64,000 nucleotides of DNA, taken from positions 38,690,001-38,754,000 of the forward strand of contig NC_045696.1 of the NCBI RefSeq assembly GCF_009834535.1. The letters are read 5' to 3'. This DNA is from Camelus ferus. Taxonomy: Eukaryota. Under the pieces are notes generated by a model that did no database searches, was not told where the DNA came from, and saw only the letters and a list, made by a program, of their open reading frames with translations. Positions 50,240-62,886 of the stretch are shown in pieces (position 1 is the stretch's first letter; every line of letters begins with the position of its first letter). The position numbers were made by a program, and so were the translations under genes.

Positions 50240-52080
50240 TAACTTTTCTTAAATTTTTATCTTGATATAATTTCAAACTTAGAGAAAAAGCTATTCAAAT
50301 AATATAGTTCCCATATAACCCTCACTCTGTTTCCCCTAATGTGTTTTACATAACCATAGAACTATTATCAAAACCAAGAAATAAACATCTATACAGTACT
50401 ATTTACTTAACTACAGACTGTTACTCAGATTTTACCAGCTTTTTTGATAGTGTCCTTTGTCTGTTCTAGAACCACATCCAGGATCCCACGTTGCCTTAGT
50501 TATCACATCTTCTTATTCCAGTCTGTGGCTGATCTGTGACAGCTCTGCCATCTTCTTATTCCAGTCTGTGGCTGATCTGTGACAGCTCTGCGTCGTTACT
50601 TGTCTTTTATGTCCTTGACACTTTTCAAGAGTACTAGCCAGTGATTTTGTAGAATGTTCCTTAGTTTGGGTGTGTCCTCTGTTTTTTCATGATTTGGTTT
50701 GTGGTTATGCATTTTTGGCAGGACAATGACAAGCATTGTATCCTCTCTTTAGGGCATTATATCAGGGGATACATGGTGTTCACATGCAGTATTCCTAGGG
50801 GTGCCAACATGGATCACTTGATTAAGGGTGGTATCTTCCAGACTACTTCACTGAAAAGTTACTTTTCTCCTTTTGTCACTAATATATGTTTGGGGGAAGC
50901 TAATTTAGACTATGCAAATAACTTGTTTTTCCTCAAACTCTTTCCTGTTAATTCAACATCCACAGTAGATCTTGCCTGCAGCAGTTACTACTGTTGTATT
51001 CTAATGGTGATTTTTTCTATTTCTTTCCTTCTCTGTTTGTTAATCAAAACATTTCTTTAAGGAAGAGCTGTATTCCAGAATGTTCTGTAAATGCATGTAC
51101 ACAATGTATAGACTTTCAAGTCTGGCTTCTTTCTCTAAGCAGAATGCACTTGAGATTCGTGCCTCTCTGTTGTTGCTGAGCGAAAACTGTATCATGTACT
51201 ATCCTTTGGTTCTGCATTCAGTGATTGAAGGACATCTGGGTTGTTTCCAGTTCAGATGATTAACAAAACTGCTATGAACATTCATGTATAAGTCTCTGTG
51301 TAAACACGTATTTATGTTTATCTTGGAGAAACAGCGAGGTGTGGAATGACTAGATCAGACAGTAAATGTATGTTTAATTTTATATGAAACTGCTGAACTG
51401 TTTTCTAAACTGTATGTACCATTTTATGTTCCTACTAGTAACTAATGAGAGTTTCAGCGCTCTGCATCACCAACAATGCTTTATAGTGTCATTTAAGAAA
51501 AAAAATCAGTCATTTTAGTGAGTCAATATTAGTATCATATTGTCATTTTAATTTGCATTTCCCTATGATGATTGATTTAGATCTTTTTCCATATGTTTAT
51601 TTGTTATCCTTGTATCTTCTTTGGTGAAGTGTGTCTTCCAATTTTTATCCGCTTTCTTTCATTGAGTTGTTTTTTTCTTAATGTTGAGCTTTGAAGGTCT
51701 TTTAAAAATATTTTCTGAATACATTTCTTTGTCAGAAATGTGGTATGTAGATATTTTTCAAGTTTGTAGCTTGTTTTTCTATTCTTTGAACAGTGTCTTT
51801 AGCAGAGTAAGTATTTTTAATTTTGATGTCTACTTTTTGATTTTTTTTTCTTTTATGGATTGTCCTTTTGGGCATGGAATGTAAGAACTCTACCTAGTCC
51901 AAGGTCACGAAGATTTTCTCCTCTACTATCCTCTAGAAGTTTTATAGTTTTACACTATACATGTAGGTCTATGATCCATTTTGAGTTAATTTTTGTAGAA
52001 AGTGTGGGGTATGGGCCAAAGTTCTTTTTTTTTTTTTTTTTCTTTTTGGCTTATGGATAATTTCAGCACCATTTGTTGAA
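50240..52080 (-). mobile_element. Old L1 (L1MB/MC-type) 3'UTR and ORF2-end fragments
   Basis: atataatttcaaacttagagaaaaag, gaaggacatctgggttgtttccag, ttttaatttgcatttccct and ctatgatccattttgagttaatttttgta. Confidence 0.75.
50506..50591. repeat. Perfect 43-bp tandem duplication
   Basis: catcttcttattccagtctgtggctgatctgtgacagctctgc occurs identically at 50506-50548 and 50549-50591. Confidence 0.97.
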
Positions 52081-52864
52081 TTAGTATTTTAAGATATAAA
52101 ACTAGTTTTCCTCATTTTTAACTTTTTTTCTTTGCTTAAAATCCTTCACTGCTTTCTTTCACCCACAGGACTAAAATCATGCCATGCCAATGAATATAGA
52201 AATCCAAGGTTCTGTATGATTGGCCTCCACTTACATATCTTTAGCCTTATATCCTGCCTTTTCTACCTCTTAGTTTATATTCTATTAACAGTGAATCATT
52301 ATTTGATTCAGATTTCAAATGAAATATTCAAATGAATGTTTAGGTGAATCATACTTGACCCTCTTCCTGGAAAACCCTCTCTTTCCCCCACCCCCATCAC
52401 CCTTAACTCAGTCAGCAAATTCATTTTATGATGGATGACTCAGTTTATATGAAATATCCTTGCTTAATCTCTACTGGTAGATATCTACATTGCACTTAAC
52501 ATATTGTCCTATAATTATCATTTGTATGTATGGCCCAAAAGTCTACTGTTTTCTTAACCCTTATCCCATAATACTAGGACCTCAGCACCCTTTTGTAATG
52601 CCCTTAAGTGTTTCCTGGGACAGTCCCACCAGGCTCTCAGGTGCAGTAGTGCAGCATCTGCACTGTCTTCTACCCCTGTTGGGGCTTCCTCTCACCTGCA
52701 CATTGCCTGTCCACAGCCCTTGTAGAGGCTCCAGCAGCCCGGACACTGCCCATCAGTAGAGAAAAACTACCGAGCCATTCATTTGGTTCATGATTACTCT
52801 TAATTTCCTGTTAAAAAAAGGGTTGAACATAGTGTATTGCCTACCCCATTTACTCCATTTAATC

Positions 52865-54360
52865 TTTTTTTTAATTGATGTATAGTCAATTTACAATGTG
52901 TCAGTTTCTGGTGAGCAGCATAATGTCATACATATACATAATATGTATCCATTTTTATATTCTTTTTCATTACAAGTTACTACAAGATATTGAATATAGT
53001 TCCCTGTGCTGTACAGAAGAAATTTGTTTTTTAGCTGTTTTATATTTAGTAGTTAGTATTTGTAAATCTCGAACTCCATTTATCCCTTCCCACGCTCTTT
53101 CCCTCAAGTAACCATAAGTTTGTTTACTACATCCATGAGTTTGTTTCTGTTTTGTAGATAAGTTCATTAGTGTCTTTTTTTAATTCTTTTTTTTTTTTTT
53201 TTAGATTCTATGTATGAGTGATATCATATAGTATTTTTCTCTCTTTCTGGCTTAGTTCACTTAGAATAACATTCTCCAGTTCCATCCATGTTGCTCCAAA
53301 TGGCATTATTTTACTTTTTATGACTGAGAAGTATTCCATTATATAACTATACCACATCTTCTTTATCCAGTCATCTGTTGATGGACATTTAGGTTGTTTC
53401 TTGGCTATTGTATATAGTGCTGCTATGAACATTGACGTGCATGTTTCTTTTTGAATTAGAGTTCTCTCTGAATAAGTGCCCAGGAGTGGGGTTGTTGGAT
53501 CATATGGGAAGTCTATTTTTAGTTTTTTGAGGAATCTCCATACTATTTTCCATAATGGCTGCACCAAACTACATTCCCACTAGCAATATAGGAGGGTTCC
53601 CTTTTCCCCACACCATTTCCAGCATTTATTGCTTGTGGACTTTTGAATGATAGCCATTCTGACTGGTGTGAGGTGACACCTCATTGTAGTTTTGATTTAT
53701 ATTTCTCTGACAATAGTGATAGTGAGCATTTTTTCATGTGCCTATAGGCCATTTGTATGTGTTCATTGGAGAATTGCTTGTTTAGATCCTCTGACCATTT
53801 GTGGATTGGGTTGTTTGGGTTTTTGTTATTAAGTTGTATGAGCTTCTTATATATTCTGGAAATTAAGCCCTGTCAGTCTCATCTTTTGCAAATATTTTCT
53901 CCCATTCTGTGGGTTGTCATTCTGTTTTGCTTATGATTTCCTTTGCTGTGCAAAAGCTTACGAGTTTAATTAGGTCCCATTTGTTTATGTTTGCTTTTAT
54001 TTCCAGGTAGGTAGACTGCCCTAGGAGAACATTGCTAAGATTTATGTCAGAAAATGTTTGGCCTATATATTTTCTTCTATGAGGTTTATAGTGTCTTGTC
54101 TTATGTTTAAGTCTTTAAGCCACTTTGAGTTTATTTTTGTGTATGATGTGAGGGAATGTTCTAACTTCATTGATTTACATGTGGTTGTCCAGTTTTCCCA
54201 ACACCACTTGCCGAATAGACTGTCTTTTCTCCATTGTATATTCTTGCCTCCTTCGTCAAAGATGAATTGACCTTAAGTGTGTGGGTTTATTTCTGGGCTC
54301 TCTGTGCTATTCCATTGATCCGTATGTCTGTTTTTGTGCCAGTACCATGATGTTTTGACT
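52865..54360 (-). mobile_element. 5'-truncated L1, ~1.5 kb (ORF2 C-terminus and 3'UTR)
   Basis: Minus-strand ORF 53208-53567 [24 protein letters not shown]...DDWIKKMW; polyT at 52865. Confidence 0.93.
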
Positions 54361-56254
54361 TAATTTTAATTTTCTGTACTAGCTTCAACTCACTCTTCCC
54401 TTAAGCTTCCTCCTCCCAAATCTCCAATATATATTCCCTAATATATATTTTAAACTTACATGCTTTTGGATAGAGTGAAAATGCTATACTATATTGGAAT
54501 GGGGGCTTGGGAGGCAATAATCTGTTAAGGATACCTTTATTTTATTAATTGTGGTGCCTAGCATGGTGCTGAGCATACAGTAAACACTAAGTACATGTAG
54601 ATGAAGGAAAATGGTAAGTAAAGAGGGAAAAGAAGGAAAGGATAGAGGTAGAATAAAAAGAAGAGAAAGATGGAAGAAAGTAAAGGAAAGCAGGAACCTA
54701 ATTTTTCAAGGATTTCAAGCCCAGTTCTAAATTTGAATACTCTCTAATATCAGTTACAATTATATGAAAGTGGCAGCTTTTTTCATAATTGTGCTTGTCT
54801 GTACCTCTGTAATTTCTCCTTCCTCTGAACAGCAATCATATTTTAATTGTTTTTCGCCTCTGAAATTTTAACTATATATATATTACATTATATATTTAGG
54901 TACATGTCTTTTTTTTTTACTATAGGCCAAAGTCAATTTGAAAGTAGTACCATGGATAATTCATCTTTATGTACCCCCACATTACTTAGTCTATACCTTG
55001 TATGTTATATCACTCAATCTCAACTTTGGAATGGATGAAGAAATAATGGTATTTCTTGACTTGAGAAATAAAAGTAGGCACAACTTAGCCACTCATGATT
55101 GAGACACAGCAACAGAATAATGTGAATTTATTGACATTTTTATTAGGTTACATCAATCACTGCAAGTGAATTTATTCATTTTCCACTCCTCACAAATGTC
55201 AGCCAAAGACATCAGTGATTTTCTTTCTACTTTTCATTCAGATGCAATGGCTGTTTCAGGATTCTGAGGCCTGAAAATAATGCATTGACCTTTCCCCTAA
55301 ACATTAATGGCATGATTCTCTTGAAATAAGTTCAGTTTTCATTTTGGCATAGCCATATATTATATGGGACATGCTATTGTATTTGGTGCAGCAATCCATA
55401 AATACAAAAAGCTATAGCACCTCTGTGACTTTGTCACTATTTCATATACCTAATCACTGAAGTCTTCCATTACACTGGAATGAAAGTATACAAAAATGCC
55501 TTCCATTAGCTAGAATTTCTGTGGTATAATGATTTCTTTTATATAGATTATATCTCATTGCAAGAAATTCCAGGATATTCCCTAGAGAAAGCAGTTCTGG
55601 ATAGGAAGTATAAGTCTGCTGGAGAAACTCAAGCAAAAACAAGGGCTGCGTAAAGAGAGGGAGATTCAAGGGTAAACCTTAGGGGAATTTCTTAGTTTGT
55701 TCCCCCAAAATGGAGAAACTAGTTTTTTCCCTAAAAGAGGATTTATAATTAATACAATTATTTCTTACATGTTAGCTAAATAAATTTACTAAAACAAAAA
55801 CTAAAACCTCCCTTATGTCAACTGTTATGTTCCAATTACTCTACTTAAATGAAACAATGTTTTTAGGTCATACAGGTGTTTGGTAACAGACTCAGAAAAT
55901 ATTTCATACTAACTACCTCCAAGTAAAAAAATCTGGAAGACTATGTTTATCAGATGATGAAAGTTTTAATCATACAACTTGTAAAGCTTAAAACTACTGT
56001 TTTTAATAAGATAGGCCAAATTAAACAATTGCTTAAACTAAAATAATGTTACCAGTTCTTTGATATATTTCCCAGATTTTAGCTACAGGGGAATTCTTAA
56101 TTGCTTAGGAGGCCCGCACTTCAATCTAATTATAAGAAACTATGCTTCTTACTAATTAAGAAATTGATAACTGGCTAAGAAAGCAGAAAGAAAAAAATTG
56201 GTAGGGAAAGAGATACAGATGGAGCAAACCCCTTTCTAAATATTTTAATCACTT

Positions 56255-59200
56255 CAATCTACCTAATAAAGACTTCAAAGTAATGATCATTAAGATGCTT
56301 ACTGATTTCAGGAGAAGAAATGATGAACACAGTGAAAATTTCAGCAAAGAGTTATAAAATATAAAGAAGAATTAAACAAAGCTAAAGAATACAATAACTG
56401 AAAATTTTAAATATGCTAGAAGGGATAAACAGTAAATTAAATGATACAGAGCAATCTAGAAGATAGATAAATGGAAATCACCCAAGCTGAACAGGGGGGA
56501 AAAAATTTAAATGAGTTTATTTTAAGATGCCTCTGGGACAACATCAAAATACACTAGAAGGAATCAACAGTACACTAAATGATACAGAAGACCGTATCAG
56601 CAAGCTGTAAGACAGAGTGGAAATCACTGAAACTGAGCAGAAAAAGGAAAAAGAATAAAAAGAAATGAGGCAGTTTAAGAGACCTTTGGGACAACATCAA
56701 GCATATTGACATTCACATTATAGGGGTCCCAGAATGAGAGGAGAGAGAGAAAGGGGCAGAGAACATATTCAGACATGATAACTAAAAAAAATTTCCTACC
56801 CTGGGAAGGGAAACAGACATCCAAGTCCCAGAAGCACAGAGAGTCACAAAGAAGATCAACCCAAAGAAAAATACACCAGACACATCGTAATTAAAATGGA
56901 AAAAAATTAAATATAAGGAGAGATAAAGGGAGAATATTAAAAGCAGCAAGGGGAAAACAACAAGTTTCATACAAGGGAACTCCCATAAGGCTGTTGGATG
57001 ACTTTCCATCAAAAACTTTGCAAGCCAGCAGGGAGTGACATGATATATTTTAAGTGATGAAAGGCAAAAACCTACAATCAAGAATAGTCTGCCAGGCAAG
57101 ACTCATTCACATTTGATGGAGAGATCAAAAGTTTTACAGAAAGCAAAACAGAAAGAGTTTAACGTCACCAAACCAGCATTACAAGAAATGTTAAAGAAAC
57201 TTCTCTAAGTGAAAAAGAAAATATCACAACTAGAGAAATGAAAATTATGAAAGGAAAAAGCTCATTGGTAAAAACAAATATTCAGTAAAGGTAGTAATTC
57301 AACCACATATAAAGCTAGTTAGGAAGATTAAAGAGACAAAGCAGTAAAATCATCTATATCCACAATAAGAAGCTAAGGAATATACAAAACAAATAGATGT
57401 AAGCTATGTCAAAAAATAGTAATTATGAGGGGAGGAGAATAAAAACGCAGAGTTGTTAAAATGCATTTAAAATTAGGAGATCAACAACTCAAGCTCATCA
57501 TATGTATCAGCTATATATAAGCCTCATTGTAACAACAAACCGAAAATCTATGATACGTACATACACAAAAAAGAGAAAGGAATCCAAACATAAAACTAAA
57601 TACAGTCATCAAGTCACAAGGAGATGGAACAAAGAAGAAAGAAATGAAAGAGAACTGCGAAAACAACCCCAAAACAATTAACAAAATGGCAGTAAGTATA
57701 TACATATCAATAATTACTTTAAATGTAAATAGACTAAGTACTCCAATCAAAAGATACAGAGTGGCTGAATGGATATAAAAACAAGACCTGTACATATGCT
57801 ACTTACAAGAGAATTACATATATAAAGGAATACACAGACTGAAAGTTGAGGGAATGAAAAAAGTATTTAATGTAAAAGGAAATCAAAATAAATTTGAAAT
57901 ATCAATGTTTGTATCAGACAAAATAGACTTTGAAAGAAAGAAACAAGGAAGGACATTACATAATGATCAAGGGATCAATCCAAGAAGGAGATATACCAAA
58001 TATAAGTATATATGCACCCAATATAGGACCACCTAAATACATAAAGCAAATATTAACAGACATAAAATGAGAAACTGACAGTAACACAATTATAGGAGGG
58101 GACTTTAACATCCCACTTACATCAATGGAAAGATCATCCAGACAGAAAATCAATAAGGAAATACTGGCCTTAAATGACACATTAGACCTGATGAATTTAA
58201 TAGATACATATAGAACATTTCATCCAAAATCAGCAGAATACATCTTCTTTCCAAGTGCACATGGAACATTCTCCAGGATAAATCATATGCTAGTTCACAA
58301 AACAAGACTTGGTAAGTTTAATAAAGTTGAAATCGTATCAAGCATCTTTTCCGACCACAACACTATGAGACTAGAAATCAACTACAAGAAAAAATCTACA
58401 AAAAACACAGACACGTGGAGGCTAAACAATATGTTACTAAACAACCAATGGGTCAGTGAAGAAATGAAAGAAGAAATTAAAAAATACCTTGAGACAAATG
58501 AAACAACACACAACAATCCAAAATCTTTGAGACATAGCAAAAGCAGTTCTTTTATAGCAATACAAGCTTACCTCATGGAAGAAGAAAACTCTCAAACAAC
58601 CTAAACTTGCACCTAAGGGAACTAGAAAAAGAAGAACAAACAAAACCCAAAGTTAGGAGAAGGAAAGATCATAAAGATCAGAGCAGAAATAAATGAAATA
58701 GAGACTTAAAAAATAATAGAAAAGATATATCAATGAAACAAGAGCTGGTTCTTTGAAAAGATAAATAAAATTTATAAACCTTTCACCAGACTCAACAAGA
58801 GAAAAAGAGGGCCCAAATCAATAAAATCAGAAGTGAAAAAGAAGTTACAACTGACACCATAGAAATACAAAGGATCATTAGAGGTTACTATGAATAACTA
58901 GGCCAATAAAATGGACAACCTAAAAGAAATGGACTAATTCCTAGAAATGTACAATCTCCCAAAACTGAACCAGGAGGAATGGAAAATATAAACAGACCAA
59001 TTACCAATAATGAAATTGAATCAGTAATTTTAAAATGATGCCAACAAATTAAAGTCTAGGACCAGATGGCTTCACGGATAAATTGTACCAAATAGTTAAA
59101 GAAGAGTTAACACCTAACCTTCTCAAACAATTTAGAAAATTTCAGAGGAGGGAATGCTTCCAAACTCATTCTGTGAGGTCAGCCTTACCCTGATACACAA

Positions 59201-61743
59201 ACCAGACAAAGATATCACACAAAAAATTAAAGACCAATAGCACCCATGAACATAGATGCAAAAATCCTCAACAAAGTATTAGCAGACAAAATCCAATAAT
59301 ACATTAAAAGAATCATACCCCATGATCTAATGGGATTTATCCCAGGGATACAGGGATCATTCAGTATTAGCAAGTCAGTCAATGTGGCACACCACATTCA
59401 CAAATTGAAGAATAAAAACCATATGGGCATCTCAATAGGTTGAGAAAAAACCTTTTTACAAAATTCAACATCCATTTATGATAAAAACTCTCCAGAAAGT
59501 GAGTATAGAGAGAACATACCTCAGCACAATAAAAGCCATATATGATAAGGCCACAGCTAACATTATACTCAAAGGTGAAAAGCTAAAAGCATTTCTTTCA
59601 GATCAGGAACAAGACCAGAATGCCCACCCTTGGCACTTTTATTCAACATAGTATTGGAAGTCCTAAGTACGACAATCAGACAAGAAAAAGAAATGAAAGA
59701 AAGCCAAACTGGAGAGGAAGAAGTGAAATTGTCACTGTTTGCAGATAATGTGATACTAGACATAGAAAATCCTAAAGAGGCCACCAAAAAACTGCCGGAG
59801 CTCATGAATGAATTCAGTAAAGTTGCAGTATTCAAAATTAACATACAGAAATCTGTTGCACTTTTATACACTAACAATGAACTATCAAAAAGAGAAATTA
59901 AGGAAACAATCCCATTCATAATTGCATCAAAAATAGAATAAAATGATTCGTGATAAACCTACCTGAGGAAGTAAAAGACATGTACTCAGAAAACTGTAAG
60001 ACATTGATGAAGGACACTGAAGAGGACACATACTGATGGAAAGATATACCATGTTCTTGGATTGGAAGAATTAATATTGTTAAAATACTCATACTACGCA
60101 AGACAATCTACAGATTTAATGCAATCCCTATCAAAATACTAATGACAGTTTTCACAGAACTAGAAGAAATAATCCTAAAATTTGTATGGAAACAAGAAAT
60201 ACCCCAAATAGCCAAAATAATTTTGAGAAAGAAGAATAGGGCTGGACTCATCACACTCCTCACTTCAGACTATACAACAAAGCTACAGTAACCAAAACAG
60301 TGTGATACTGACACAAAAATAGATGCATAGATCAATGGAACAACATAGAGAGCCCAGAAGTAAATCCATACACTTATGGTCAATTAATCTATAACAAAGG
60401 AGGCAAAATATACAACAGAGAAAAAACAGTCTATTCAATAAATAGTGCTGGGGAAACTGGACAGCTACATGTAAAAGAATGAAATTAGAACTTCTCACAC
60501 CACATATAAAAATAGACTCAAAATGGATTAAAAACTTAAATATAAGGCCTGAAATCATAAAACTCCTACAAGAAAACATAGAACACCCTTTGACATAAAT
60601 AATTGCAATGATTTTTTTTTTTATCTGTCTCTGAAGGCAAAGTAAATAAAAGCAAAAATAAATGAATGGGACCTAATTAAACTTAAAAGCTTTTGTACAT
60701 TAAAGGAAATGATCAACAAAACAAAAAGACAGCCCACTGAATTGGAGAAAAACCTCTGCAAATGATATGACCAATAAGAGGTTAATATCTAAAATATATA
60801 AACATCTCATACAACTCAATATCAAAAAAAAACCAAACAACCCAATTAAACAGTCAGCAGAATACCTGAACAGACATTCTTCCAAAGAAGACATACAGAT
60901 GGCCAAACAGGCACATGAACAGATTGCTAAGTCATCAGATAAATGCAAATTAAAACCACAGTGAGATATCACCTCACACCTGTCAGAATGGCAATCATCA
61001 ACAAAACCACAAATAACAAATGTTGGCGAGGATGTAGAGAAAAGGGAACCCTTCTGCTCTGGTGGTGGGAATGTAAATTGTTGCAGCCACTGTAGAAAAC
61101 TGTGTGGAGGTTTCTCAAAAAACTAAAAATAGAATTACCTTATGATCTAGCAATTTCACTCCTGTGTATATATACAAAGGAAACAAAAACACTAATTCAA
61201 AAAGGTAAATGCACCTAAGTGTTCATAGGAGCATTATTTACAGTCACCAATGTATGGAATCAACCTAAGTGTCCATCAATAGATGAATGGATAAAGAAAT
61301 GTGTTGTATTTGTACAGTGGAATACTACTCAGTCATAAAAAATGAAACTTGCCATTTGCAACAACATGGATGGACATGGAGGGTCTTAGGCTTAGTGTGT
61401 TAAGTCAGACCAAGAAAGACAGAAACTGTATGATACCACTTATATATGGAATTAAAAAATTGAACTAGTGAATATAACAAAAAAAGACTCACAGATATAG
61501 AGAACAAACTAGTGATTACAGTAGGGGAAGGGAAGAGGGGAAAGGCAGGATAGGGGTACAAGATTAAGTAGTACAAACTGTTATTTAAAATAAATAAAAT
61601 ACAAGGATCTATTGTACAGCACAGGGAATATAGCCAATATTTAATAACTGTAAATGGAGTTTAATCTATACAACTTTTAATTACTATGTTGTACACCTGA
61701 AACTAATATGATACAGTTAGTTAACTATACCTCAATAAAAAAA
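56255..61743 (+). mobile_element. Near full-length, inactive L1: ORF1 remnant (~56255-57208), long inter-ORF spacer, ORF2 remnant from ATG 57686, 3'UTR and A tail. The 5'UTR is missing.
   Basis: ORF2 start MAVSIYISIITLNVN; endonuclease motifs GDFN and SDHN; RT motif LSLFADN (FADD mutated, 59738-59749). Many stops and frameshifts. Ends cctcAATAAAaaaa. Confidence 0.95.
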
Positions 61744-61789
61744 TTAATTTAATAAATTTATTTAATAAATTTTAAAAATAGTAAAATAA

Positions 61790-62886
61790 TTAAGAATAAA
61801 TGTGTGGTAAAAGATGTTTTCTTAAAACTTAGATATTGATGAAAAACCACTGAAGATGACACAAACACATGGAAAGATGTGCCATGCTCATGGATAATAA
61901 GAATTAATATTGTTAAAATGCTCATACTACCTATGGCAATCTACAGATTTAATGCAACCTCTATCAAAATACCAATGGCATTTTTTACAGAACTAGAACA
62001 TATATATATATAAGTCTAAAATTTGTATGGAATCACAAAAGACCCCCAATTAACCAAAGCAATCCTGAGAAAGAAAAACAAAGCTGTAAGTATTATGCCC
62101 CCAATTCCAAACTATACTGCAAAGCTACAGTAATCAAAATAGTATGATACTGGCACAAAAACACATCAAAGGAAGAGAATAGAAACCCCAGAAATAAACC
62201 CACTCTTAACGTGGTCAATTAATATATGACAATGTAGAATATACAGTGGGGAAAAGATGGCCTCTTTTATAAATGATGTTGGAAAAACTGCGAAAGAATC
62301 AAATTGGACTGCTTTCTCACATCATCTACCCAAAAAACCCCTCAAAATAAATTAAAGACGTAAATGTGTCCATCAGTAGATGAGCGGACAAAGAATCTGT
62401 GTTATATATGCAATTTAATATTACTCAGACATTTTAAAAAATGAAATCTTGCTATTAGCAACAACATGGATGGATCTAGGAGTTATTATGCTAAGTGAAA
62501 TAAGTCATACCAAGAAAGACAAACATCATATGATTTCACTTATATGTAGAATCTAAAAGAGAAAACAAACAAAACAAAACTAAAAAAGACTCAATTGCAG
62601 AGAAGACATGGGTGATTGCTGGAGGGAAGGAATGAGGGGTGGGGGCAAATAGGTGAAGGAGCTTAAGGGGTACTAACCTCTAGTTATATAGTAAATAAGC
62701 CACAGGGATGTAATGTACAGCATAAGGAATATGGTCAATAATATTGTAAAAGCTTTGTATGGGGACAGGCTGGTGTTACACATCATGGTGATCATTTCAT
62801 AATACTGTATATGCAAATGTCAATTGCTGTATGGTTCACCTGAAATGAACATCATATTGTATGTCAATTATATTTCAATTTAAAAA
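61790..62886 (+). mobile_element. Second L1 fragment of a different 3'UTR type, with an internal deletion
   Basis: catggaaagatgtgccatgctcatggat...aattaatattgttaaaatg repeats the region at ~60040. Its 3'UTR resembles that of 14411-15363. Confidence 0.9.

Noticed and set aside
52600..52775. GC-richer patch considered as the kinase-insert exon
   Set aside because: No convincing acceptor/donor pair and no Eph-like peptide; left unassigned.
57686..61410. Active reverse transcriptase or endonuclease gene
   Set aside because: Numerous stops and frameshifts, FADD changed to FADN, and no 5'UTR promoter. It is a dead L1.
61736..61800. Near-palindromic AT-only stretch
   Set aside because: Best explained as the decayed polyA tail between two L1s.
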